From NCBI GenBank assembly GCA_047495785.1, contig JBLDXI010000001.1, positions 4,650,001 through 4,714,000 on the forward strand: a stretch of DNA of 64,000 nt, in the 5' to 3' direction. Under the pieces are notes generated by a model, which saw only the letters and a list, made by a program, of their open reading frames with translations, was not told where the DNA came from and searched no databases. The translations under genes were made by a program, and so were the position numbers. Shown piece after piece: positions 1-12,120 of this stretch. Positions within the stretch are counted from its first letter, which is position 1. Every line of letters starts with the position of its first letter. The stretch is from Lepidodermella squamata (Eukaryota; Animalia; Gastrotricha).

Positions 1-3000
1 TTAAAGGTAGCTATGCTTTAGACTTTAGACGATCTAGTTAATCACCTTGATAAAACAACGCTGCTTCAACTAACGCAGTTTCATCTCGTGATAAATTGCA
101 GGATGCAATCATCGATGCAAGCCTGAAACTTTCGGCCACTTTCGTCTGCATAACATTAGAAAGAAATCCACTCGGCATAGAAATAATAGGGAGACTTACT
201 AGATAGATGGGGAAATGGCTCACCAGGATTGTAATGTTCGCATGACTCATCCCAAATCCAGTTATTCCTCGATGAGTCCGCCAGACCAGAGCAATAGGTC
301 CATAAGATTTTCCAAACAGCTTGCGGCGATCGTTTAATGTCACTCGTGAAATACCTTGATTTTTATTTTAAAACAATGAATAAATTCCCACACACTGGCG
401 AACCTGGCAGCTGTTTGACGTAGGACGAACAATTCGCTAGAAATAGGGAGAAGTGCTCCATAGCAGCTGCCCAGCATGCAGAGCTGTTTTCTGTAGGTAG
501 CTTGATTCCATCGACCTCAAGGGCAGGCTAAATCAAAACGACAGAACGCAAATATATGATGCTCTTTGCTAATAATGGAAGGATGAATTTATTTATGGGT
601 TAAGCTAGTTATTGTACATAACGAAAATGGCTATTCGCATAAATGTTTTCGTCATGTTGCTGATTGCTGGTGAGTGCGGAGTGCGGAATTTCAAATTCTC
701 ATTTCATTTTGAATGCATGGTAAATAGTTACGAACGAATAGTCATCCGTATATTTTTTTTTACGAAATTCTCCTTCAGTTTAAGAACAGTTGCGAGCGAA
801 AGAGATCTCGCAAAACATCGTAAACAATGAAAAGCATGATGCTAGATGCTAAGGTTTCATACATACCCAACAATGTAAGAAAACCTAAGCCTTCTCCTTA
901 CCGTTGCTAGGGTGGATAAAGACTCATGAGCTGCCAGGATTTTCCCGAGATATCTCTCAGCATTGATCGCGTCCAGGTTTGTCGGGTTTATGGTGGGCCC
1001 TGCAGTAGTGGTTTGTATTTAATTATGAAAGCTGAGTAAATACCTCTCGCTGCCTTGTAAGATTGTTGCTGTCCATCCAGGCACTGGCCGTTCTTCTTGC
1101 CATATCGCATTCCCACACGGTGGCATTTCTTCAAACGACAAGGCGCGCAATTTGCTTGCATGTAAGGGAAGTTTTGGTTTGAATAACATTCCCCGGGTAT
1201 AGCTTTGACGCATGTCACCGAGCCTATTTGACAGTGATATCTTGTGAAAAATTTCTTGCAAGCATCGCAAACTCTCGCGCCATATCGAACGCGCCCGTCA
1301 GTTTCCAGATCGCAGACCTATCAAAATCACACATGCGATATCAAATATTAAGAAACATTTATAAAAAGAAACCCGACAGCGAAATTCGCGTCTCGAAACG
1401 TCGAAGCACTTTAACGACTCTGCTTGAAACATGGCGGTTTTGAAATGGGGAAATGGAAGCAATGCATGTGTGTATATACCTATCCATATAACATAATAAC
1501 ATGTCCGAATTAGTTTCGATGCTTGTCCGTTATCCATCGTGGCTGTAAGTATGCCAAATCCCTCTGAATTCTTTAAACATACAATTTCCACATCATCAAA
1601 TTCATTCACTTTAGTATCTGTCTATCACAGGACCCCTGCGGAAGACATGTTTTGCACCTGCAGAAGACATTCTGTTCACCTATGGGTAATTATTATATAT
1701 GAGTGTTAATTGGAGACGTTCATAGTTGTTAATTGGATTTGAAAGTTTGTACCTTGGCGTCGTAATCATCAAATCATGACATTTTGTTGGCGCAAATAAT
1801 GACTGGCAATACACTTTATTGGCCGAAAGTAGCCGAAAATTCGGGAATCGAGTTTTAAGCCTCTTCAAATCCAGTCTATGCCAACTATCTCACAGATGCA
1901 CAGACGATAGCACGATACACAGATACCAAGATAGATGCCAAAATACCAAGACATTCACTTTGAGACTGGGTTAACGCACAGGAGACACCCGTTTGAATTG
2001 TGGACACGACAGAAAATTAACGAAACAGTGGGATAATTTCTCATCTTGGTGTCTGGCCCTGATGCCGAGGGGGATGACGGAGAATTTGCCGCCGATGATT
2101 TCGCCAGAATGTGGGCGCAAGGGCCACCCCCTAATGCCAGGGTGAGCTAGAATCAGTTCGTAGCATGGATCATTGAATTAATCGATTAGCCCTTGTTATC
2201 TGTGATAGGGTGAATGCTAATAAATCAGTTTTTAAATTTGCGCTAGAACTGCGCGGTGACAAAACAATTCTGCTCCCCATCCCTAGGAAAAAATCCGAAA
2301 ATCAGATTTCCCCTGTTCTTCACATATTTTCTCAAATGATGATGGATTTTCTATTGACTTGTATTTTCGCTTCAATGCCCTAGGTAATAACTATTCATGG
2401 CCCGGGTTAAAAATTTCTGAATTCACAAATTACATGACCTTACGAAGGCAGGGCGTGTAACGGGATATTTAATTGCAGCTTATTTGAATCTCAAACGCTC
2501 GCGGCCAATATGACCAGAATATATAGAAGTCTATATATCGCATTAGTAATGCGAATCAGATGTGACATCAAACGTCTTCAATTCTTTTCATGATGTAAAA
2601 GCCGAGTTTGAGACGAATACCGACACTCTCTCTGTCCTTTCATGCACAATGTACATTCAAACAGGACGTCGCAGGGATATTAGATTAGATTTTGCATTTT
2701 AATCAGTACGAGCATGTGTTAGAGGTAACTCGATTTCTGAGCGGACTAATTAGATCAAGAAAGCATCATGCACCGTCATGCACATCCGTCTGCATCGAAA
2801 CGAAGCTGAATTTTTTTCTTGTGTTATGCTGTTTACAAATAGAGTTCAAGCTAACAAGTGTGAAGCTGTTTAGGTCGACAAAGAAATGAGGCTCGGGCCT
2901 ATGTTGAGCTTGTCATGTCTCGGAGTTGAATGTCTGAAATGTAAGCAGCCTGTTCCAAAATACATTGAGTTTTGATTGGATGTAGATCATTAGAGCTGCA

Positions 3001-4267
3001 TTTTATATCTAATATCTGGCTTCAGTAGAACTCAGTAGAATCAAGTCATGAGTGAAGGTTGACTGCGAACGGATTCGCACTCAAGCGAACAAATAACCCA
3101 GCGAAGTAAACATTTAAGTCGGTGCCTATTCGTGAGGTGCCAGATTCCATGATATTGCGATGCCATGAACGAGGTTACCCGGCATAATCGCCACGCGAAC
3201 ACGAAATAAGAGCGATGAGGTGCGGTTAGATACGTGGTCCACTCTAAGAAAGTCCGGCAGCTGACGTAAGGGCCGAAATCGGACTCGGGTCCCGCAACAG
3301 CGCCATCTGCTCCCAATATTCCCAAATTTCTCGCCCATTGCCTGTTTTTTTAACTTATCATAAGTTGTTTACCATGCCCGGGGAGCTATTATGTGTATAT
3401 TTCTGGAGAACGACTTCGTTTGTGAGGCTTACAATTTAGACTCTATCGAAGTGCACAGTCTCTACATTTGTGCCCGAAGTTCATTAAACACTGAAGCAAG
3501 AAAACTTCTGCAGAACTTGACTTTGGCATCATCCCAAGTCTTGAAGGACAGCGTCCGAATTGTAAATCATCACCATTACTTTTTACTCAAATTATCCACA
3601 ATCGAACCCATCAATCGTTTATGAAACATACTAATCTGTAATATCAGTTAATTATATACTCTTGTGTCTACAAAGGCAACGTTTCTCTCTACTGAAGACT
3701 GCATGGGGTAAAATAATTTATTTTTCATGCTCGATAGATTAGTCGGATACGGATATCTCAAAAGTTAACCGAAATATACGAAAGATGCGTTATTGGAACT
3801 TGCAATGCGTTCGAGCCAGTAACTCCAGACCTTGAAGAGCCAGTGATATTAAGCCGTCCAGTTGAGCCTCACTCAGCGTCTCGAGATGCAACACCAGATC
3901 GTGGAGTTCACGCTCGGAAGCATCGATGTTGCTTGGGTTGAGGGTTGATCTCAGAGGCCATTGCAACATTTAAAATTGAAGCTATTGTTAAGTCTGAATC
4001 GCTCATATTGAAAAACCTTATCCTTCTTTGAAGCCTGCTGCTCTGTGGGGACCCAGTTGATGAGCTAAGGTTGGCAATCTAAAAATCATTACGCGTCATC
4101 GTGCGTCATATGTTCCTCGGATCATGAAGTCCTACACGTCGAAAGTCTAAATAGAGCAAATATCAAGTGAATGTCATCACGTTGTCTCTGCCTGATTTGA
4201 TGTGAACCGATTTCTTTCCCCTGTTCCGTCAATATAATGAGCTTTCGTCTTCTCATAATCCCGAAAA

Positions 4268-4633
4268 ATGCGACACTGCCTGATTTTCACTTCAATTTCA
4301 CTCTACATCCAAGTATCATGTGCAGCTCTAGCTTTTTTGTCAGATCTTAACGACGATGCACTCGCGGCTGAGGCACTGCCTCCTCCTAATCACAGTGCAG
4401 CGATGTTATGGAGTAGGTTGTCGATTATCAACAAGGCCATGCGAACAAAAGTTTTTAATTCAGATGCTGACGCGTTGAGAAAAATCGGCGAAGAGCAGAA
4501 GCGACAGCGCCAGAAACGGCTGAAGGCGGCATCTCATCAGCATAAAAAGAGCAAACAACAGGCTTTACGGCGGGGAAAATCTCTTCATCGCAGAGGCACG
4601 GTCATTCTCAAAGGCTCTCGACTCGCAGGATGA
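4268..4633 (+). CDS. Secreted precursor with acidic pro-region and strongly cationic C-terminal peptide (~104 aa if intron 4413-4463 is spliced)
   Basis: Signal-peptide-like MRHCLIFTSISLYIQVSCAA; LAFLSDLNDDALAAEA resembles the LAFLSD/LGFLDD segment of the four-Cys family; in-frame 51-nt gtaggt...ttcag intron candidate; K/R/H/Q-rich tail ending in Gly. Confidence 0.6.
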   Translation: MRHCLIFTSISLYIQVSCAALAFLSDLNDDALAAEALPPPNHSAAMLWSRLSIINKAMRTKVFNSDADALRKIGEEQKRQRQKRLKAASHQHKKSKQQALRRGKSLHRRGTVILKGSRLAG

Positions 4634-6640
4634 GTCAATAGGAATCAGCTAATGTGTGATCCGCTTTGAAATTTAGTTGTTAGTCTGAATGAAATTCGAA
4701 CTAGCCATGAAATAGCTGAAATAGTTGACGGGTTGGTTTGTGGTTTAGTCACGCACCACATCGCCCGTGCTATATTGTATAATTCACTATAGTTTCACGT
4801 TTGACGAATTCTTTTATAGTGAAGATAAGCAATAAAAATTTTGAAAATATCTGACTTCCGAAATATTACGAAATTGTTGGTATCTTCACATTCCTCGATC
4901 AGTGCTCAACACTCTCCAGTGCCGAATACACTGACGTTATGTTCCAAAAATTTAGATCGAATGTGTTATCAAGGAAGTTTCTTTGGCGCATTGCCGGCTG
5001 CCAACGATATGTACGTCATTATCGGTGAATGTGATAAAGTTAAGTTTAAAATTGGTGAATGTGAATCACAAAACCGTTTGTGATCAGGGTTCAGAAACTA
5101 CCGGTATTTAGAAATAAAACTACCGGTAATACCAATAACTACCGTTAACTACCGGGTATTTACCGTTTTATCGGTATTTTTATTTTCCGAAGCCTTCATC
5201 TCAACATTTAATACAATTAAGTTCAATCAAGAGAAGCAGTAAACAAAGATTCATCATCGGCTTCATCAATCTCGGCTAAAGCAAGTAACTCTTCATCATT
5301 GCAATTCCTATATTTCCTATATTTCAATAGGAAGGAAATTGTGGTCAAATAATCGCCCATTCCTGATTTCTTATATGTTTAATAGGTCAAGTCTGTTCGA
5401 AAAACTAGTGGGAACAATTAGCGAACATATTAATTTCAAATATTTCAAAATTTCAAGGGTGACATTATAAATACCCGGGCTGACATTATAAACACAATTT
5501 ATTTTTCCTCGAATAAGTAATGTCTTTTCGATGACGGAACAATGAACCACGCCTCTTGCCACCACGAACAGGGGCACAACTTTCACTGCCTAATATTCAG
5601 CTTCGATAACTGGAAATTTAGCTTCGGGTCAAAGGACCATAATAGGAACAATGGAAACTCTGCCGCGATTTTGACACCGCTCGCGCTTCGCCATAGAGAT
5701 CAGATTAACCTGATTAATCTAATCTCTATGCTCTTCGCATGCTTGTGTGACTTGTAACCCACAACTGCCTCCTCGAATAGAGCTGTCTTTTTCGCCGAAC
5801 TCAGGTTACTCAACAGGCCTAGTTGCCCCTGCCTATCCGATGCCTCATACTCCGTAGCTATAACCAATCTTCGGCGACGGCCGGGCTTGAGATATCGTTC
5901 TAACTGCTAGAGGAACAGAATGATGCCGCGGGTCGATGGCTACAATCCTTAGTTCGTGGGCCTAAGCCAACGCATTGCAACATGTGGTTTTCTTCGCTCT
6001 GTAGGAAATGTCTTTATAACGGCGGAATGGGTCACCTCAGGCTTCCACGTCGCCAGTCGCACAACCTCAAGCAAAGTCGCGAACTTTCCATCAAAGCTGC
6101 TGAATATCCTCTGAAAATGTCTTTTAAGCGACGGAAAATGGCAAAATTGAAACCAAGACCCCACATTAACCCATTTAGGCGATAAAATGCGATAAATTAA
6201 TACACACGAACCATCAATAGCTAATTTGATGTTTGAAGGTGCTCTATCGATGACTAGCAAACATCAGGTTGACAGCTCAAGAAAATGTTGTCTAAAAACT
6301 TGTGAGCACAAGAAGATTTAAAGCTCGGGTCGTAAGCGACAGATCAGCCATGTGGTATCCGATAAGGGCGATTAATATCAACAGATTCCCGGGTATTTAC
6401 CGTACCATCTTCGATTTTTGGTATTTTTGACATGCCAAAGTGACCCCACTCACCCCAGTTGACGATGCGTAATCTCGCGAGCTTGCATTTGACCTTGTTT
6501 AATAACTTCTGTTAACGCAGCGTGTTGTTAAATAGAGCGTGCTGTACAACTCGCAACACCGTTCAAGCTTTCACGCAATACAAAAGATTCTATGTTTGGC
6601 GACATTTCAGCAGGTGACAAATAAGCAATGTAGCCTCACT

Positions 6641-6708
6641 TGTGATCATGTGATCACTATGTGATCACTAATGTGATCACTATGTGATCACTAATGTGAT
6701 CACTATGA
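6641..6708. repeat. Minisatellite of palindromic tgtgatcacta(a) units
   Basis: About 6 tandem copies of tgtgatca(cta) visible. Confidence 0.85.
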
Positions 6709-7684
6709 TCCGAATCGTTACTGACGGCCACGCTCGCATTACTCGCATTTTTTGACGCTAAAATTAATTATTCTTTTGCAAAAATTTTGGTTTATTTGAC
6801 GACATTTCAGCTGGCGACAATGAAGCAATTTAGCCGAAATTTCATCAGAATTTGATAAATCTAATCCGAACTTTTATTTAAACTGAGCTCGCATTTCGAC
6901 TGTCAATTAAGGCTGATCTGTCCCTTGCTGGGCTGTCGACAGCGCAAATGTCGCCGAATAACGATTGCGCACTATTTTGGAATCGTAATGTTCTCAAATT
7001 GTCACATAATCGCATCATATCAAAAAATGCCTGCGGTTTTGTCTCCTGCTGAAATATCGCACGCCAATAAATTAATAGTACGTATTTGTTGCTTGGCATA
7101 ATGAATCATCAGGCATAACTTGGAAATAATTGGCAGGAAAATGAGTTTTTTCTTCTTCTGCCTTCGTTGGGCGGGTCGTTGATGCGTGCGACTTAGAAAA
7201 AATCGCTCCAAAAACGACTCGGCGAGTTGTTGGAAATTTCGGGCAAAAAACATGTTTAATGAATGAAACGCTAGCTGATTATTATAGTAGCTCCAACAAT
7301 AATCAGAATAAAGAAATAATTTCTGGTTGAACTAATAATTACAACAAAAATAAAGAAATGGTCTGTTTATGGCTTGTTTTGTTTATAATTTCATCTCTGT
7401 TGGAGATAAAGAAACGTACCCCTAGTTCCTATTTCCCGCAACGATCGAAAAGTTAACGAGGCTCCGCTTGGTCTGACTGAAACTCTTGGATGTCCTTTGG
7501 GATCTTCGTTTTACCTTGGTGATGATTCAACAGCTCACAAACAAGTTTGAACTTACCCAATGCTACATCATCAGCGCGTCACAAATATTTAACCGGAGCG
7601 AACTGCCAATCATCATCACTGACAGAAGGCTGTATTAAAGCTGAAAAGTAGAGCGTGCTCTCAACAGTTGTCTTTTCTTACAAA

Positions 7685-8159
7685 ATGAATATAGCTGGAC
7701 TGATTTTAATCTTCAATCTGCTCATTTCAAGCCGTGCGATTCTGTCGCGGACGATAATGGCGAGCAAAGGCCGATTCGGTGATTCCATTTTCAGATCTCT
7801 TGAACCCTGTACGAATTACCAGGAAAACTGGGGCTCGGCAGCTTCAATCGACAAGCCGTGCGTTGGGAAAACAGAATCCTTCGACATAGGAACCCAGGAT
7901 AAGGTTGCCTCTCAATTTTCACCTCAATCCGCCTTGGGTTTCCTCGACGATGCGCAGCTAGCCGCTCTTCAGGCTGAAGCTGCCGCGGCCATCGCACGCC
8001 TAACAGACTCTGACTGTCGGAAGAAGTGCAAATCTAAGGTTCGTTTGACATTTTCACATGTTTTAATGATGATTAATTCTTATTTTTCAGGTGAAAAGAC
8101 GAAGCTGTCTCAAAGCCAAGCCAGACAAACGCCCGAAATTTATTCTTGCCAACTGTTGA
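7685..8159 (+). CDS. Four-Cys secreted family member, long type, 140 aa (exons 7685-8038, 8091-8159)
   Basis: Signal peptide; N-terminal two-Cys module; spliced C-terminus LTDSDCRKKCKSK|VKRRSCLKAKPDKRPKFILANC*; phase-0 gt..ttttcag intron. Confidence 0.85.
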
Positions 8160-8753
8160 ACAGGCAACAACTATTAAACGGAATCATTCAACTTTATTTA
8201 TCAGCTATGCTGGTCCTTTCTATATCAGAAATAAACTTTCAAGATCTTGAACTGTTACAGGTTACAGTATATTTTCTGTTAACAAGTTTCGCCCAAACTC
8301 CTTAACTGAATGTTACTTTGGGTGCCTGTAAAGCATCTCACTATTTTGACCATGTAGACTATTTTATACTTGACGAAATCTTGGTAGACCCTAAACATTA
8401 ATTGATGCGGAATTCCCGGTTCTCAGCTTCACTGAGCATTCGGCACTGGTTAAAGCTGAATGAGAAATTTCATCGGCGCCTGATGGCAAAAGAGACCATA
8501 CAAAATAATAAGTCACTCAACAATATGGAGGTACGGCGGGTTTAGTGTTGCTAACCCCTGGGTAACCCAGCATCTCACAGATTATAACATTGCCGGATAT
8601 TGCTAGTATGTAGGTTATATGAATTCCAAATGTACTCTCAATGTGCTCTCTGTTCACTCAAAAGTCTTCTCGACATATTACAACAGGTTCCGTAAAATTG
8701 TAGTTATTCATTAGCTAAGCTGGTACAAAATCCAGGAAATTTTTATCGAATGC

Positions 8754-9050
8754 TCAATTTACCATCTCAGAAGTGCCGAACTCGCTTTGAAAAAGCATAT
8801 CAGGACGCTGCGCATTGAGGTCTCCGAAATCCGATGACGTAGTGTCGGTCCATTGAAAATGTTCGATTTTCCCGATACATGGCGTGATCAGCGACGGAGC
8901 AGATCGCCAGGCCTCTTCGTGATTCGAACAGTGATTCAACGCGAGAAAAATCGTCTCACTGAACCGTCCGTTGCGTGCTATGTGCGGTCTGCATGTGGAG
9001 TAGGCAACAAAACAAGCCACTATAAATATCGCCGGGACTGAAGCGTTCAT
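8754..9050 (-). CDS. Secreted paralogue with only the N-terminal two-Cys module of the long-type family (truncated or stand-alone)
   Basis: Signal peptide, then GRFSETIFLALNHCSNHEEAWRSAPSLITPCIGKIEHF, which aligns with GRFGDSIFRSLEPCTNYQENWGSAASIDKPCVGKTESF (7685) and the 26836 gene; no four-Cys exon found downstream. Confidence 0.7.
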   Translation of the reverse strand: MNASVPAIFIVACFVAYSTCRPHIARNGRFSETIFLALNHCSNHEEAWRSAPSLITPCIGKIEHFQWTDTTSSDFGDLNAQRPDMLFQSEFGTSEMVN

Positions 9051-10276
9051 CTTGCTTTAAAATCTGAGCGATATGAACATGGGAAACAATCCGATTGCTT
9101 TCCCTCAATTTTGAAGTCCTGCAATTATTTGATTGATTGAAGCTGAGGGGCTATCATGTCAATCAAAGCTGATATTTACTCAGTACAATGGTGACCCGGC
9201 CAGCATGACTGGGATGGCACAGCCTTGCCTCTCAGCTTGTCAATTATAATTATTACAAAAGGCCTCTGAATGGGTAATCGAGGTAATCGTCATTTGAGAG
9301 GTGACAATTTTTACGAAAACAAGCAGTCCTATTAACTTGTTCGCAGCATCATAATATTTTACCATAATGATTACCATAGTGATTTGCCAGAATAATTACC
9401 ATACTCATAACTTGACGAAAACGGTAACCAGCATGTAAACGACAGTTTGAGCAGCGGTTCGGTAGTCTCTTCCACTGCCTTATTGGACCTGTTACTGGGG
9501 CAACGATGCAATTCTGTACGGGCTATCTATTAGTGAAAGCCATTGTTGCGTCTGAATAGCGTATAGCTCGAGGTAAAATTCGACTAAGACCTAAGACGGT
9601 CCTAAAAATGCCCTTTTAGCCGAATAGCTCTTCGGTCGCTTCAACAAAGGACCCCTTCGAAGCGTTCGAACCTTAACCTTTCGGCGGTTAAAAATATAGC
9701 ATAACGAGGGAATATTTAGACGTAAAAGCGAAAGCATGGTAGAGGGCACGCGATTACTTAGTATTGACGTTTCAAGCGCAGTTATTGAACGGGTATTTGA
9801 AGTTAATTATATGGTTGATGTTGGCGATGCTGATCCTTTGGGGGTTCCCAGCGTGGACCGGACTAATACAGACATCCGATTTCACAATGTCAGATCATGG
9901 CTATCTAAGAGTTTGACAGGGTTAAGCTTGCCACTTTGGTCTGTAATGTCGGCATCATCAATACCAAATTTGCGGCATATCACTAGTCACTTTTTCCCTA
10001 ATTGTGGCATTGTCGATGAAGACTTCCGCGTGTTAGAGCAGAGCAAGTCAATTACAGAAATTACGGCTTAACGCTGCATAACTTCTCACTCAAAGTGCAT
10101 GTGTGCTCAGGGCTGTGAGGAATTCTGGGATTATTGATATTGGGATTATATATATTGCTTCACTTACGGCAATAATAAAAATTTCCCACTAAAACTATAT
10201 TTTTATTTGCTTGCTTAAAATATTTAATTGTTGAGCAAACAGTATATAATTTTGCTCCACTTTCGACTACATATAC

Positions 10277-11033
10277 CATGAGACGTACCAGGACGCAGCG
10301 GCTTCGAAGCTCCCGTTATCCGGGTTTGCGTAAAAAATCACGTGATGTGTTTAGCATAAGTGTGCATAATAATTACTTTCGATGGCAATTTTTTTATTGA
10401 ATATAAAATTAATTTTAATGCCATCGATAATAAAAGGTTGTGTGCGAAAAGAGCAAGCGAAATAAGAGCAATGATATGAGAGCAATGACATAATAAGAGC
10501 AAAACGAAATAAGAGCAACGAGATAAGAGCAGAACGACGAAAGAGCAATTATTAATGATAAATAGTGGCACGCGACTTGTTTTTTTCTTTGTACAGACAA
10601 TTGAATCTCGACCCTTTAAGTAGCTCGAATTGCTGTTTAACCGCTCCGCTAATCACTTGATAATGATGAGGAAAAATATATGATCGCGTGCCACTATTTT
10701 TTTGTGATTTATCATTAATAATTGCTCTTTCGTCGTTCTGCTCTTATCTCGTTGCTCTTATTTCGTTTTGCTCTTATGTCATTGCTCTCATATCATTGCT
10801 CTTATTTCGCTTGCTCTTTTCTTTAAGATCGAGATCTTCAGGCCACTGCAAAAAACTGATCTTTGCGTAAATACGTGATTTTCATGAATGAGATTTTTTG
10901 CTGGTCGCAGAAGAAAAATCACGATCGCTGCTAATGAGGTTATTTTTAGCCACAACGACCTTTGGACCTTATTAAAAAATAATACAAAAATCAGGCATCT
11001 AAATCGAAGCGCCGCGTCCTGGTACGTCTCATG
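10277..11033. mobile_element. Non-autonomous TIR DNA transposon (P-element- or hAT-like), 8-bp TSD
   Basis: TIRs catgagacgtaccaggacgc(a/g)gcg...cttcga at both ends; direct repeat acatatac at 10269-10276 and 11034-11041; internal inverted blocks of aagagca tandem units (~10449-10575 vs ~10686-10820). Confidence 0.85.
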
Positions 11034-11832
11034 ACATATACTACATACTATGACCTATGTGATACATAAACTTTATGAGCTTTGCCTTAGCTCTTAGCTC
11101 TTGCCTTTTACATGCATGTGTTTTGAAAACACGCTACGGATCGCTACGGATCGCTGAATGCGGAGCCTTTCGACTGGCTGAACATGGTTAACACATTTCG
11201 ATGTGAACTTTTTTTTTCAAGGTTGTCCTATCCCAATATGCCTTTCATAGCCTGCATCCAGCCTCGTCGAGCGAAAATGAAAGACATTCACTGAGCTTTT
11301 CTCATTACTAAGTCTCAAACCTGTTGATTTTTCTGTCAAGATAGGAAGCCTTCTTTGAAAGCGGACAAATCGAACTGAGATATGATTAGACCGGCTACCG
11401 GCTGATGGACACCGGATCAAACAGGTGGAACTAAACAAGGTTATAACCCATTTGAACTCGTATCGACCTTCGTATGCTGGACATCGCTGTAGATATGCTT
11501 GAATTTCACTGAAAATTTCGTGTTCTAGCTATGTATCTCTCCAGCAATTTTGAGTGGCACAGTCAAATGAAATACATGATCCACCAGTTAAAGCTATTAA
11601 AAAAGCCGCGCTATGCCGATTGAAAAAGTGGGCAGGATCCTCGGGTTGGATGTTCGTTCGGTTTGGCACTGAATGATTTTAAGAGATTCCGATAATTATT
11701 TTGAAAGAAAAAAACAAATGTAATTTCGACAAGCATTGACTTTATTTCTCAAAGAATGGAAACATTTATTGATTTCTAACAATGAAGACAGATGGAAATT
11801 CATACATGGAACATAATGTAATTTGCGCCGAG

Positions 11833-12120
11833 TTAGCTAATGGCTCCAACAAGGCTGGAGATGATCAACGCTCTTCCACAGTTGTGTCTGATGTAAACCA
11901 ATCGATTCTTGGTCGACTTTTGAGAAAGGCACTTCAGCATACGTTGGGTGTTCCGGCTGAAGCATTGCACACATAGCGTCGATGCAAAGTCGTTCAAAGA
12001 GTTGAAAGGTCTGATTAGGGCTTCATGACGCCGTTTTTCCGACTGTTCGTGACTTGATTCAGTCGCCGATAGGCTCGATGCAAGCATTACGAAGGTGCCA
12101 AGAATCGCGATCATATGCAT
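11833..12120 (-). CDS. Divergent intronless four-Cys family member, 95 aa
   Basis: Signal peptide, KRR site, then CVQC-x10-C-x16-C ending NRLVYIRHNC, matching the family R-x2-[FY]-I-x3-C motif. Confidence 0.7.
   Translation of the reverse strand: MHMIAILGTFVMLASSLSATESSHEQSEKRRHEALIRPFNSLNDFASTLCVQCFSRNTQRMLKCLSQKSTKNRLVYIRHNCGRALIISSLVGAIS

Noticed and set aside
627-830. Possible signal-peptide first exon MAIRINVFVMLLIA followed by gtgagt
   Set aside because: The best acceptor gives an immediate stop and the alternative gives only a 27-aa product; no convincing gene could be built.
5085-5185. hAT-like left end (cagggttc) with taccggta subterminal repeats
   Set aside because: No matching right TIR or TSD found.
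6641-6708. CRISPR-like appearance of short palindromic repeats
   Set aside because: No unique spacers, no cas genes, eukaryotic context; simple minisatellite.
8160-8305. C-terminal part of the 216-aa ORF 7655-8305
   Set aside because: Read-through of the 52-nt intron; the spliced frame matching the family stops at 8159.
10338-10870. Hydrophobic Cys/Leu-rich ORFs on both strands
   Set aside because: Artefacts of the inverted aagagca repeats inside the transposon.
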